Positions 9,041 to 19,506 are shown, counted from the first letter of the stretch. The stretch is 64,000 nt of DNA from an uncultured Brevinematales bacterium (GCA_964537555.1 CAZIAD010000011.1:18704-82703); one strand, 5' to 3'. Made by a program: numbers and translations. Notes: generated from the letters alone by a model not told the origin.

Positions 9041-11338
9041 TTATATAAAAAGATTGATATTATGCCTTCCTTTTACCAGGAGGGTGACGGGCAGTCTAAG
9101 CAGGAGCTTCTTCATATCCCGGGCTACAGCCCCGGCATGATTAGGGTCAGGGACATGCACCCCCAGTATGACCAGGCGGGAATCCCGGGATTTATCTACT
9201 ATTATGTCCTGAATCCGCTGGCGGTCCACCTCGGTATAGCGTCTTTGTTCCAGATTATCCAGAAAGTGACGAAAACGGCCCAGCAGGTTACGGGAATGGG
9301 TCAGTTTATGCCACAGATTTCCTTCTTTTTCGACCTGGCTGGTTTCTTCTACTACATCATCATCCAGGCCCAGGGATATGACATCTACCTCGGCATCTAT
9401 ACGCCCCTGGGACAGAAAGGCCCGCAAGGACTTTTCGGACATCTCTTTTCTCTTATCCGAACGTACGATCATGTGGATGATCACTCTGGTACTGGACCAG
9501 TCCGGGTTGCGGGTGATCAGAAAAGGGATCATCATCATGAGGGAGATATTGGCCTGAAATCCGGACAGCCAGATGTCAATGCAGTCACTGGACTCCACAT
9601 CTACCTGCCGGTCCTTGACCAGGATCACATTTTTCTTGAGCCTGTCATAGTTTTCCAGGTTGGATAGGTGATGCTCCAGGCTGCGGTCATCCAGCAGAAA
9701 GTCGGAAATAATAGTATTGGCTTTAAAGGTGCCTATGCCGTCGGCCTGCAGGGTGATGAGATGGGCGTTTTTATCATGATGGGTCAGGATGATCTCAGGA
9801 TAGACAAAACCTGCTCTTTTTTCATCTATACTTCCCTGGAGTTCTTCCAGTTCTTTCTGGGCCTGTTCAGATGCCTTTTCCAGATAATCATCCATAAAGG
9901 AATAGATGGATACCAGGCCGCTCTTGCCGGCTATCAGATTAGCCACATCATAGAGCAGGTCCCTATGGGCCTTGTTATTCTCGAAAACGGCGATATGAGG
10001 CCGCCAGTTCCGGGGGTGTTCTTCATATTTTTCATAATTAGCCAGAGCTATTTCTACGAGGGAGGCCCAGAAGCCCTTGCGTATATCTCCCCAGTTGGTC
10101 CGTAACTGCCGCCTGGTAATAAAATAATAGATCATGAAAATAATGACAATGGCTATCACGGTAGCCAGTCTGTTGATCAGGAACATTGCCGCAAAAGAGC
10201 CCAGCCCCCCCAAAAGAGAGATGTACCAGGGTACTTTAAAACGGGGCCGGTAGGCCGGATTATTGATGATCAGTTCAATGGCTGCAATGATATTCACGAT
10301 ACCGTAGGTGGAAAGAAAGAACATGGTCAGGATATTTGCTATCGCGTCCAGGCTGCTGATGAACATCATCCCCCCCGCTATAGCCACTGATAACAATAAG
10401 GCAACCCGGGGTTCATCCGCTTTACCGCTCCCTTTACCAAAAACCCGGGGCATGATATTATCCCGGGACAGGGCCTGCAGGGTGCGGGGAGCCCCCAGGA
10501 TCATACCCAGGGCAGAAGACAGAGTGGCAGCCCAGATACCCAGGTGCACCAGTATGGGAGAGACTGCGCTCTCTATCATCAGGTCCTGCTTACCCAGCAT
10601 CTCACCGGTCTGAAAATTAAAGGAAAAACTGAGAGCCACCAGGATATAAAAAGTAAAAGTAAATATTATAGCCGATATAGTCCCTTTGGGAATGTTTTTA
10701 TGGGGATCTTTCAGGTCCCCGGACAGGCTCAGTCCCGCAAATATCCCCGTAACTGCCGGAAAAAACAGGGCAAAAGTGGCCCAGAAACCCATTTCTTTGA
10801 AGGGCCCGAATGTGGGTGGCACCACGTCAAAGCGCAGATTTCCCGTAAGAAAAGCTATAATGGCGATCAGGACCAGGGCAAATATCACATACTGGGCCTT
10901 GATAGCTATCTCGGCGCTGAACACTGACAGTAAAGTCATCACGGCCAGGGTGATAAACTTAATGAGCAGAGGGTTTAAATGAGGGAAAATGACCAGCAGA
11001 GACAAAGTAAAACCGGCTATGTAAAAGGCGATAGACAGGACCTGGGCCATATAGAGAGTGATGCCTACTGCTCCCCCCATTTCCGGACCCAGAGACCGGG
11101 AGACCAGATAGTAGGCCCCGCCCCCTTTGATCTTGATATTGGTAGTAATGGCAGACAGTGACAGGGCGGTGAAGAGGGTGATCATATTGGCGATCACAAT
11201 AATAGTGATGGATCCCAGCAGGCCGCTGTTTCCTACCACCTCTCCCATACGCAGAAACAGTATGACCCCGAAAATAGTCAGGACATTGGGTACAAAGACC
11301 CCGGAAAACGTTCCAAATCTTTTTACATTTGACCCCAC
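9041..11338 (-). CDS. APC-superfamily transporter of the cation-chloride cotransporter (SLC12-like) type with large cytoplasmic C-terminal domain
   Basis: GTG start after AAGGAGAA. N-terminal FGTFSGVFVPNVLTIFGVILFLRMGEVVG is characteristic of SLC12/CCC-type permeases. About 12 hydrophobic segments are followed by ~300 hydrophilic residues. Confidence 0.65.
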   Translation of the reverse strand: MGSNVKRFGTFSGVFVPNVLTIFGVILFLRMGEVVGNSGLLGSITIIVIANMITLFTALSLSAITTNIKIKGGGAYYLVSRSLGPEMGGAVGITLYMAQVLSIAFYIAGFTLSLLVIFPHLNPLLIKFITLAVMTLLSVFSAEIAIKAQYVIFALVLIAIIAFLTGNLRFDVVPPTFGPFKEMGFWATFALFFPAVTGIFAGLSLSGDLKDPHKNIPKGTISAIIFTFTFYILVALSFSFNFQTGEMLGKQDLMIESAVSPILVHLGIWAATLSSALGMILGAPRTLQALSRDNIMPRVFGKGSGKADEPRVALLLSVAIAGGMMFISSLDAIANILTMFFLSTYGIVNIIAAIELIINNPAYRPRFKVPWYISLLGGLGSFAAMFLINRLATVIAIVIIFMIYYFITRRQLRTNWGDIRKGFWASLVEIALANYEKYEEHPRNWRPHIAVFENNKAHRDLLYDVANLIAGKSGLVSIYSFMDDYLEKASEQAQKELEELQGSIDEKRAGFVYPEIILTHHDKNAHLITLQADGIGTFKANTIISDFLLDDRSLEHHLSNLENYDRLKKNVILVKDRQVDVESSDCIDIWLSGFQANISLMMMIPFLITRNPDWSSTRVIIHMIVRSDKRKEMSEKSLRAFLSQGRIDAEVDVISLGLDDDVVEETSQVEKEGNLWHKLTHSRNLLGRFRHFLDNLEQRRYTEVDRQRIQDIIVDKSRDSRLVILGVHVPDPNHAGAVARDMKKLLLRLPVTLLVKGRHNINLFI

Positions 11339-11601
11339 AAATTCTCCTTAAGCTGTTCACAGGAGTATAAAAGGACACAATAATTTGGTCAAGCTGGAGA
11401 TGACAGGCACAGGGCCGGCTGCTACTACACATTGTGACATATGTACATAAGTCAATTGAAAATTGATATAGATTAGAAAAGAGTTTATAATAGTTATAGT
11501 GTCTGTAAACACCCTGAGTTTTTATTATTGCATCTTTTCCGGGCTTCACCACCTTAAACATTCAGGGACTGATTTTAATGAAATCCATTTGGAGGTTAGA
11601 T

Positions 11602-12897
11602 ATGAAAAGATTTATGCTGGCATTAAGCGCCCTGATGATAATGGTATCATCCAGTTTTGCCGCAACTATTAATCTGTGGCATGGCTACAGGGGAAAAGAA
11701 AAGAAAGCTATTGAAAGTGTGACCCGTTCTTTTAACCTGGCTCACGATGATATCCAGGTCAAGCTGTTAGCTGTTCCTTTTGATGCCCTCAATGATAAGC
11801 TGTCTTCTACCATCCCCCTGGGAACCGGACCTGATGTATTTGTGTTTGCACAGGACTTTGTAGGAGCCTGGGCCGAGCAGGGATTGATCATCCCTCTGGA
11901 AGCCTACCTTACACCCGGTATCACTCAGGAATATTTTAACAAGACCATCGCCGCGTTCAACTATATGTATGATGAAGCTGTGTGGGCACTTCCCGGATCC
12001 TTTAAAAACATAGCCATGTACTACAATAAAGACAAGATCAAAAACCCCCCTCAGAAGATGAGTGAGGTCATGGAGATCGCTAAAAACTTTACCAAGCCTA
12101 ATAAGGGCCAGTTTGGACAATGGGGATTTGTCTATGAGACCGGAAACTTTTACTATCATACCATGTGGATCCAGGGATTCGGGGGAAAGATCTTCCGTTC
12201 TTTAGGAATGCACAAGGGGTCTCCTCTGATGCTGCCCCTGCTCTATTCCAAGCCCATGGTGGATGCCGGTAAATTTGTGATGAACAATATCATCTCTAAA
12301 AATGTCTGCCCCATCGGCCCTTCCGGTACTCTGGTCACCCAGCTCTTCAACACCGGTAATGCTATGTTTGTAGTAAACGGACAGTGGTTCCGGGCTGAGA
12401 TCGACAAGAATGTAAACTACGGACTGTCACCTCTGCCTATTATCGATGCTGTAGGCAAACGTGCTATCCCCTTTATCACTGTAGAAGGATACTTTATGGC
12501 TTCCAGCTCCAAAGACCAGGTAGCTTCTGTAAAAGTGATCGAATACTTTACTTCCGCAGCTATGGGAAAAGTGATGGCTCAGGAAGGAAAACAGACTCCG
12601 GCTAACCGTGGCTCCTATAAATATTCAGTAGTAAACAATGACTCTATATCCACTATCTTCAGAGAAGCTGCACAGGTCGCTATTGCTATGCCTAACGTAC
12701 CTGAGATGGCTCTGACCTGGGACCCCGCTACCAGTAGTATGAATGACATCCTGGGTGGCGCAGAACCTGAAAAAGCCCTCAAAGACAGACAGATACAGCT
12801 CATGAAGCTGATAGAAAGCAGTAAAAACATTCCTGGGGCCTTCAAAAGCCTGGGCTATAACTACAACAGCCTCTCTTCATTGATATCTGTAGACTAA
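11602..12897 (+). CDS. Sugar ABC transporter substrate-binding protein (family 1, maltose/oligosaccharide type)
   Basis: Preferred ATG at 11602 after GGAGG gives signal peptide MKRFMLALSALMIMVSSSFA. INLWHGYRGKEKKAIE...GPDVFVFAQDFVGAWAEQGLI is the typical N-terminal lobe of a family 1 solute-binding protein. Confidence 0.75.
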   Translation: MKRFMLALSALMIMVSSSFAATINLWHGYRGKEKKAIESVTRSFNLAHDDIQVKLLAVPFDALNDKLSSTIPLGTGPDVFVFAQDFVGAWAEQGLIIPLEAYLTPGITQEYFNKTIAAFNYMYDEAVWALPGSFKNIAMYYNKDKIKNPPQKMSEVMEIAKNFTKPNKGQFGQWGFVYETGNFYYHTMWIQGFGGKIFRSLGMHKGSPLMLPLLYSKPMVDAGKFVMNNIISKNVCPIGPSGTLVTQLFNTGNAMFVVNGQWFRAEIDKNVNYGLSPLPIIDAVGKRAIPFITVEGYFMASSSKDQVASVKVIEYFTSAAMGKVMAQEGKQTPANRGSYKYSVVNNDSISTIFREAAQVAIAMPNVPEMALTWDPATSSMNDILGGAEPEKALKDRQIQLMKLIESSKNIPGAFKSLGYNYNSLSSLISVD

Positions 12898-12913
12898 TAA
12901 AAGCAACATCATC

Positions 12914-12939
12914 AAAGGACGGCTGAAAAGCCGTCCTTT
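12914..12939 (+). terminator. Intrinsic terminator/attenuator after the binding-protein gene
   Basis: Stem aaaggacggc / gccgtccttt with loop tgaaaa, followed by ttctttg. Confidence 0.7.
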
Positions 12940-13060
12940 TTCTTTGCTACATTATAAATAGGCTTGCATTATAGAAGATTCTATACTACAATAGTATTCA
13001 CATAAATATTATACTGTAATGATATTTCCATTTTCAGCACATTCTAAGGCGAGGTAGAGT

Positions 13061-15517
13061 ATGAAAACCTTTTATGAGAGAAAGTTTAAATTTGAAGGCA
13101 AAAAAGAGTGGATCAATCCATTTGCAGCAATGCTGGGAGGTATGATCCTGGTCTTCATCTTTGCGATCGGTTTCTATCAGTTCCGCATGAAGCGCCTCTA
13201 TGAGGCTACAAATGTCAAACAGTCCAAGGCTATCCTGGAGACTGTAGGCTTTGCAGTGAATTATCTGAAAGATAAAGCCCTGACCCTGGAGTATAAGTCA
13301 GAGGACGGCAGGACTATAAAATCTACCGAGCCGGAGATAGCACCCGGTTACAATGAGACCATGATTGCAATAGTAAGTGAGCTGGGCAGCAAAGACCCCA
13401 GTGTATCTCAGATCCTGTTGTATAACGGCCCTGTGCTGGATGCCGGATTTACCAAAAGCGGTTCTGTAAGTAACCTGAGAGGCTTTAACACTCACTTCCA
13501 GGATGGAAACCGTTCCTTTAGAAACAAACAGATGCTGGAGCAGGACACCCAATCCGGTCTGTATAAGGCCTACCTGAAGACTTTCCGCTTTAGAATGGGT
13601 AAATATGATACCGTAAAGATCACCAAGATCAATATCTGGACCTTTTCCATCTGGGGCAAACTGGCCCTTCTGGGAGTGGTCTTCCTCGTATTTGCCATCG
13701 GGGCCTATATCATCTCAGGGGTAGTTAAAAACACCCTAGTACAAAAGATATCCCTGTTTGGCTCGTTTTTGATCTACACTGCCCTTACCCTGATCCTGCT
13801 CATGAACTTTGCCAATACTGATTATCAGCTCAATTCAGACCGGCTTACCGGCAGTTATAATCACCATCTTAATACTGTACGTACCACCCTGCAAAAAAAT
13901 TACAATCTCAATCTTACTCCATATGATTTTAAAAAGCTGGTCAGTGAGTATAATAAAGATGAGTATAATGTGGAAAACGACAGCTTCCTGTTCCAGCCCC
14001 CTAACCGGGTAGATGAAGACAGGGAAAGTGCCAGCAAAAAGCGCAGTGCTTCGATTGGATTTATCTTTACAGGATGGCTGATCGGGACCCTGTTCGGATT
14101 CCTTTTACTTCTGAAATTTTCCCGAAAGAGAGGTTTTGAAAAGTTCCTCAACACCATATACAATTTTGCTACGGCCTATTTGTTTATCATGCCGGGTATT
14201 GTCGGTATGCTGGTGCTGGTATTTATCCCTATACTGTTCTCTGTCTTCCTGGGATTCACGGCCTTCCCTAAAGTGATACAGGACCTCAAAATCTCCCGCC
14301 ATTTCATCGGGGTGGAGAATTTTACCCGCATTCTGGGTGATTTCAGGATCGTGGACAGCAACCACAAATATGTAAAGCTCAAGACCGTCAAAAAAGCCTA
14401 TGATCAGGCACCAGCGGCCTTTAATGTCAATCATGAAAATGAGTTTTATCTGAAAACCAAATCCAGCTTTAACGCCATGGGGACCAGCTCCCAGATCACT
14501 CAGGTCCTGGTTAACGACCTCTATATCAGCCCCTCAGATTATATCATCATGGAACAGAAAATATCTAAAGATATCAGTGCCACAGTCTTATATCCTACAC
14601 GGGATATCTCAGGGGGCAGAATGCTGGTCACAGGAACCCTCTGGATAGATATGCCTGACCTGAAAAACCCGGGCCTTAATAAAGAGATCAAAAAAGGGAA
14701 AAAACTGAGCCTGGAAGGACAGCTGATACGCATCTATGAAACCGGAAATCAGAAACACTATATAGTCTCCTTTGTCCCTCATGTGACTTATTTTGTCAGC
14801 CAGAACTTCTATTACACATTAGGATTCACCATACTGTATACCCTGCTGGCTGTAGTGATACAGACGGTACTGGGTATTGTGATCGCGGTAATACTACATG
14901 AAAAGGGCATAGGCCTTAAGAGTTTCTACCAGGTTGTATTTATGCTGCCCTGGATCATTCCTACCTTTATTAGCGGACTCTTATGGAACTCCTTCTTTGC
15001 TAACGGTGGTGTACTGGACCAGATGATCACCGTGATCAGCGGCGTGACCAAGAGCTCCGGTTGGTTTGGGGACCCTGCCCTGGGATTCTTTATTGTCTCC
15101 TTTGTGTCAGCCTGGTACGCCTTCCCCTTCATCATGCTGGTGTCTATTTCCGCCCTCCAGACTATCTCGGAAAGTATATTCGAAGCAGCTCTCATAGACG
15201 GTGCCAACTGGTTCCAGACTCTGTTCGGCATCGTACTGCCTATGATCCGGCCTACCGTATTGCCTTCAGTATTGCTTACCTCTATCTGGACCTTTAATAA
15301 TTTTAACCTGGTTTATCTGCTCACGGGAGGTAATGATCAGTACGACATCCTGATCACCAGGATCTATGACTTTGTGAGCGTCTCTCCGGCTATTGCTCAG
15401 CAGAGAGACTGGACATACGGATTTGCCAGTGCCTATTCGGCCCTGATATTCCTGGTACTGCTGATATATATTTATATATTCGCTCGCAGCACAAAGCTGA
15501 CCGAAAAAACTTTCTAA
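13061..15517 (+). CDS. Sugar ABC transporter permease (MalF-like) with ~350-aa N-terminal membrane extension and a large periplasmic loop
   Basis: C-terminal core carries the EAA loop ISESIFEAALIDGANWFQTLFGIVLPMIRP. At 818 aa it is far longer than ordinary permeases, with extra hydrophobic segments in the N-terminal third. Confidence 0.75.
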   Translation: MKTFYERKFKFEGKKEWINPFAAMLGGMILVFIFAIGFYQFRMKRLYEATNVKQSKAILETVGFAVNYLKDKALTLEYKSEDGRTIKSTEPEIAPGYNETMIAIVSELGSKDPSVSQILLYNGPVLDAGFTKSGSVSNLRGFNTHFQDGNRSFRNKQMLEQDTQSGLYKAYLKTFRFRMGKYDTVKITKINIWTFSIWGKLALLGVVFLVFAIGAYIISGVVKNTLVQKISLFGSFLIYTALTLILLMNFANTDYQLNSDRLTGSYNHHLNTVRTTLQKNYNLNLTPYDFKKLVSEYNKDEYNVENDSFLFQPPNRVDEDRESASKKRSASIGFIFTGWLIGTLFGFLLLLKFSRKRGFEKFLNTIYNFATAYLFIMPGIVGMLVLVFIPILFSVFLGFTAFPKVIQDLKISRHFIGVENFTRILGDFRIVDSNHKYVKLKTVKKAYDQAPAAFNVNHENEFYLKTKSSFNAMGTSSQITQVLVNDLYISPSDYIIMEQKISKDISATVLYPTRDISGGRMLVTGTLWIDMPDLKNPGLNKEIKKGKKLSLEGQLIRIYETGNQKHYIVSFVPHVTYFVSQNFYYTLGFTILYTLLAVVIQTVLGIVIAVILHEKGIGLKSFYQVVFMLPWIIPTFISGLLWNSFFANGGVLDQMITVISGVTKSSGWFGDPALGFFIVSFVSAWYAFPFIMLVSISALQTISESIFEAALIDGANWFQTLFGIVLPMIRPTVLPSVLLTSIWTFNNFNLVYLLTGGNDQYDILITRIYDFVSVSPAIAQQRDWTYGFASAYSALIFLVLLIYIYIFARSTKLTEKTF

Positions 15518-15529
15518 AGGGAGCACAAA

Positions 15530-16993
15530 ATGTTAAAAAAAATAGTATCACATACATTTCTACTGACTTTAGCCTTTATCATCCTCTTGCCTATTATCTG
15601 GATAGTGCTGGCCTCTTTTACGGAGACCACTCATGCTGCTTATGTAGTAGAAAGGATATTTGTACCAGACTACTTTAAGACTGAGATCCAGGGCAATAAA
15701 CTGGATGTCCAGTATAAAATAGGCCAGCTAAACATGAGGGGTGAAAAATCTTTTGAGTTTGGCCCCGAGTACGCCGGTAAGCACATCGAAGTACGTGTGA
15801 TCGACCAGGAGACTCTGAATGAAGAACTGGGATACACCGAATACGAACAGACACTGTCCTTTGTCAGCTATGATACCCGGCCCGACACCTGGCTCTACAA
15901 CTTTCAGCTGGGAAGTATCGGACAGGTACCCGATAATGATGACGATATCCTGAAAAACAAGACCCAGGGAGGAAACCTGAGGTATAAGCTGGTCAATGTG
16001 GCTATTCAAACATCCACTGGTGTCGAGACCAACAAGACTATTTCAGTGTCATATAATAACGGTGAAGAGATTATCACAAAAGAATTCATTTTTGGATCAC
16101 AATACGCTAACCAGCAGGTATTGATCTCCTATTCTCTGAAAGATAAAAATTTTTATGCCACATATAGTGATAATGAATTCAAACCCCAGTTCGGGATGAT
16201 GTCATTTGATATTGGACAGGATGGTAATATTGCCCGCCCCGTGATTATAAACAATCAGATCCTGATCACCTATCTTAATGTCCTGACTATTAAGAACTAC
16301 AGAGAAATACTGTTTGACCTGAATTTCCGGAACTGGCTGGCTAATTCGGTACTCATCTCCCTGTTTACTGCGGCCATCTCTGTGTTACTGGGATTTTTTG
16401 CCGGATACTCATTCTCCCGTTTCAAATTTCCGGGCAGACAGATATCCATGTTATGGGTGATCGCAACCCAGCTCTTCCCCCTGGCTATGATGATCGTACC
16501 CTTTTACATCCTGGCTGCGGGTATACTGCCTCTGGCCATACCCGGACTGACTATTGTCAATACCCGCTGGGGACTGGTCATGATATACACCGCTACCGCC
16601 CTGCCCTTCTCTATCTGGATGCTCAAGGGTTACTTTGATACCATTCCCACAGACCTGGAAGAGGCAGCTGCTATAGACGGAGCCTCCCTGGGTCAATTAC
16701 TGGCTCTGATCCTCTTCCCCCTGGCCCGTCCGGCTATGTTCACTGCCTTTTTGTTCTCCTTTGTGCAGGCCTGGAATGAATACGCTATTGCCAGTATGTT
16801 TATGACCAAGGTAGAGATGCTGACCCTGCCTGTAGGACTACAGACTCTCATGGGGGGAGCCGGAAGCTTTAACCAGAACATTGCCTGGTTTGCAGCCGGG
16901 GCCATCATAGTATCTATCCCCATTGTACTGCTGTTCTTAAGTATGAAAAAAGAGCTGGTAGAAAGCTCTACCCTGGGTGCTGTAAAAGGTTAA
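15530..16993 (+). CDS. Sugar ABC transporter permease (MalG-like) with ~230-aa periplasmic insertion after TM1
   Basis: EAA loop LEEAAAIDGASLGQLLALILFPLARP. TM1 (TFLLTLAFIILLPIIWIVLASF) is followed by a long hydrophilic segment before the next TM. Total length 487 aa. Confidence 0.75.
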   Translation: MLKKIVSHTFLLTLAFIILLPIIWIVLASFTETTHAAYVVERIFVPDYFKTEIQGNKLDVQYKIGQLNMRGEKSFEFGPEYAGKHIEVRVIDQETLNEELGYTEYEQTLSFVSYDTRPDTWLYNFQLGSIGQVPDNDDDILKNKTQGGNLRYKLVNVAIQTSTGVETNKTISVSYNNGEEIITKEFIFGSQYANQQVLISYSLKDKNFYATYSDNEFKPQFGMMSFDIGQDGNIARPVIINNQILITYLNVLTIKNYREILFDLNFRNWLANSVLISLFTAAISVLLGFFAGYSFSRFKFPGRQISMLWVIATQLFPLAMMIVPFYILAAGILPLAIPGLTIVNTRWGLVMIYTATALPFSIWMLKGYFDTIPTDLEEAAAIDGASLGQLLALILFPLARPAMFTAFLFSFVQAWNEYAIASMFMTKVEMLTLPVGLQTLMGGAGSFNQNIAWFAAGAIIVSIPIVLLFLSMKKELVESSTLGAVKG

Positions 16994-17019
16994 TATTCTG
17001 TATATTTTTTTAATAATAA

Positions 17020-17040
17020 CAGGCCCCGTTTAGGGGCCTG
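17020..17040 (+). terminator. Intrinsic terminator after the ABC operon
   Basis: caggcccc gttta ggggcctg followed by tttt. Confidence 0.65.
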
Positions 17041-17063
17041 TTTTAACAAAAGAGGTTAAGAAG

Positions 17064-17921
17064 ATGAAAGATCACGATAATCTCAATCAAAAGATACTGG
17101 CTATTTTTGATCCAGATCTGGAAAGAAGAGAAGAGTTTTTTAGCCGGATACAGGACCTGGTAAACGAAGAGAAAAACGAAGATGAAGTATATCAAAGGAT
17201 CTTTGATATACTCTGCCATATAAAATTCAGTCATGAAGAGTCGCGGCAGCACTGGCAGAGGATCACTCTCTTAAAAGAAAAACTGGAACAGCAACTGCTT
17301 CGCCCGGTGGCGTTCAGAGTAGCTATGCTGCAGTACTTTCTTTCCGACCTGGGCCTTTATCAGAGCCCTTATCTGGTAGAGCTCTTTCTCTATGAAAGCA
17401 GTCACTACAACATTATGACTGACGAGCTTACCGCTATCTATAACCATCGTTTTCTGCGTGAATACCTGTGGAAAGAGACAAAAAGATCGATTCGTTATCA
17501 GAAAGAGTATTCCATCCTGATCATGGATATAGATGATTTTAAAAGCATCAATGACAATTTTGGCCCTCTGGCCGGTGATGAGCTGTTAAGGTCTCATGCC
17601 CGTATCATGGAGGACAATATCCGCATAGAAGATGTAGTGGCACGCTATAGCGGGGATGAATTTATCATCATACTGCCTGAAACATCTAAAGAGGGGGCCT
17701 TGAATTTCGCCAAACGCCTGAAACTGGTCCTGGACCAAAGTGCGGTAAAGGTCGATGACAAGTCTCTCACGTGTAAGTATAGTCTGGGCGTCTCTTCTTT
17801 CCCCGGAGACAGTAATGACCCTATCGATATCCTGGAAATGGCCGAAAAAGCCCTGTACCGGGCTAAATTTCAGGGCAAAGACAGGATAGAAGCCTATGAT
17901 GCTAAGAAATTTGAGATCTAG
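17064..17921 (+). CDS. GGDEF-domain diguanylate cyclase (SGDEF variant, RxxD I-site present)
   Basis: DIDDFKSINDNFGPLAGDELL ... RIEDVVARYSGDEFIIILPE ... ALYRAKFQGKDR. The ~115-aa N-terminal region is unassigned. Confidence 0.8.
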   Translation: MKDHDNLNQKILAIFDPDLERREEFFSRIQDLVNEEKNEDEVYQRIFDILCHIKFSHEESRQHWQRITLLKEKLEQQLLRPVAFRVAMLQYFLSDLGLYQSPYLVELFLYESSHYNIMTDELTAIYNHRFLREYLWKETKRSIRYQKEYSILIMDIDDFKSINDNFGPLAGDELLRSHARIMEDNIRIEDVVARYSGDEFIIILPETSKEGALNFAKRLKLVLDQSAVKVDDKSLTCKYSLGVSSFPGDSNDPIDILEMAEKALYRAKFQGKDRIEAYDAKKFEI

Positions 17922-18139
17922 TCTTCCGGAGAGTTCCGCTTACTGTCCCGAATATTTTTGATCAGTAGCAGTACAGCTATTGCTTCAAAAATCAGATATA
18001 CCCAGGCAGGCGGGAATTCATCAAAAAATGGATTGCCCACAAAAAACTGGTATATGGTGAATACCCCTACAATACTGATAAAAAATATCAGTATTCTACG
18101 GGGAGTCTTTTTTTTCAGTTCTTTTTCTTTTTTAGCCAT
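17918..18139 (-). CDS. Small two-TM membrane protein, hypothetical
   Basis: 73-aa ORF with Lys-rich N-terminus and two hydrophobic segments. It starts 3 nt after the stop of the upstream TPR gene. No family recognised. Confidence 0.4.
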   Translation of the reverse strand: MAKKEKELKKKTPRRILIFFISIVGVFTIYQFFVGNPFFDEFPPAWVYLIFEAIAVLLLIKNIRDSKRNSPED

Positions 18140-18141
18140 AG

Positions 18142-19506
18142 TTAATTCTTTATGTTTTTCATGACAGCTGACAATTTCTGCCTGTCATAGAGATCCACAG
18201 GACGGTTTTCTGAGTACCGTATGGCCTGCGGGGTAAACTTACCGGTAGTGACCACTACTACCCGGATTCCATGTATTGCTTTAATTCTTTCTACCATACG
18301 GGCGATCTCATCTTCATGTACATCATCATTAGCCCGGGATATCACGATCATCACCTTACCGCCCCGTACGTTTCGCCATTTCTGGCTTCGCTCTACTGCG
18401 ATGATCTGAACATGGTCATCACCATCCAGTTTACTCTCCACAGCTTCATAACCCATGGCATCTACCAGCTTCTGACAGATAAACTCGAAAGTAGTAGGTG
18501 TGGCAGTAAGCAGGTCTTTGAGCTTATCATCTATACGCAGATCCTCATATTGTGAGAGCTTTACCTGCACTTCCTGGTAATTGGGACGCATATGCGCTAC
18601 TTTTTCCCATTGTTCTACTGCTTCCAGGAGTCTGCGCTGGGATTCATAGGCATTACCCAGAGAATAGCGTACTGCTATACTGGTATTGGTCTCTGTAGCA
18701 GCATATTTCAGGGCTCTTTCAAAGTCTGCGATGGCGCTTTCCAGTTCACCCATCTCTTTTTTACAGATACCTTTCTGGTAAATCGATTTTACCTTCAGCT
18801 GAGTATCACGTACTTTTTCTGATTCATCGAAAGACTGCAGGGCTTTGCCGAAATTCCCCATCGCTTTGAGTATCATTCCGAGATAGTAATGGGCTTCAGA
18901 ATTTTTATTATCAAGCTGTAAGGCATTGGTAAAGGAAGTGAGAGCTTCATTGGGACGGTTCATTTCGTAAAATATCTTCCCGATCAAAAAATGAGTAGGG
19001 GCATGGTTCCGGGATAGCTTAAGCACCTTATCCAGATAGGCCAGGGACTGCTCTTTCATTCCCCTGTCGTAGAACAGCTTACCGATCTGGTAGACATGCT
19101 CATAATTACTGGGATCCTGGCGGGATAGCATCACATATTCCTTCTGTGCTTCTTCCAGCTGGCCAAACTGGGTAAATATCTCAGCCAGCCTTTTATGAAT
19201 CACCTTTTCTGTAGCTGTCTTATTGAATTTGCCCATAGCCAGGACCTGACGGTATTCTACCATGGCCATTTCCATATTATTACTATAAAAATATGCTTCA
19301 GCCAGATAAAGATGCGCCAGAGGATTGCGCTCATCATTTTTTATAAAAGAGTTTAACGCTTCTATGGCTTCTTCATAGCGATTGGATTCCATGAGTGCTT
19401 TTATAGAGTCCAGCTGGTGAGGCACGACCAGGGCTTTCATGAGATAAAAGACCCCTAATCCCACCACGATGAGTACAACCACACCCATTATAATAATATC
19501 AATCAT
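18142..19506 (-). CDS. Membrane-anchored TPR-repeat protein with C-terminal Mrr-type restriction-endonuclease-like domain (probably degenerate)
   Basis: N-terminal TM IIIMGVVVLIVVGLGVFYLM, then multiple TPR units (AHLYLAEAYFYSNN, AHYYLGMILKAMGN). C-terminus TTFEFICQKLVDAMGYEAVESKLDGDDHVQII...VMIVISRAN...VVVVTTGKFTPQAIRY fits the Mrr_cat pattern, with ISR where QxK is expected. Confidence 0.6.
   Translation of the reverse strand: MIDIIIMGVVVLIVVGLGVFYLMKALVVPHQLDSIKALMESNRYEEAIEALNSFIKNDERNPLAHLYLAEAYFYSNNMEMAMVEYRQVLAMGKFNKTATEKVIHKRLAEIFTQFGQLEEAQKEYVMLSRQDPSNYEHVYQIGKLFYDRGMKEQSLAYLDKVLKLSRNHAPTHFLIGKIFYEMNRPNEALTSFTNALQLDNKNSEAHYYLGMILKAMGNFGKALQSFDESEKVRDTQLKVKSIYQKGICKKEMGELESAIADFERALKYAATETNTSIAVRYSLGNAYESQRRLLEAVEQWEKVAHMRPNYQEVQVKLSQYEDLRIDDKLKDLLTATPTTFEFICQKLVDAMGYEAVESKLDGDDHVQIIAVERSQKWRNVRGGKVMIVISRANDDVHEDEIARMVERIKAIHGIRVVVVTTGKFTPQAIRYSENRPVDLYDRQKLSAVMKNIKN

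Noticed and set aside
8978-10105. Plus-strand ORFs of 229 and 145 aa
   Set aside because: Both are antisense to the SLC12/APC-type transporter gene, whose membrane-protein reading frame is far more convincing.
10959-11561. 200-aa minus-strand ORF overlapping the transporter 5' end
   Set aside because: It is out of frame with the transporter, has Arg/Cys/His-rich odd composition, and extends into the promoter region without an RBS.
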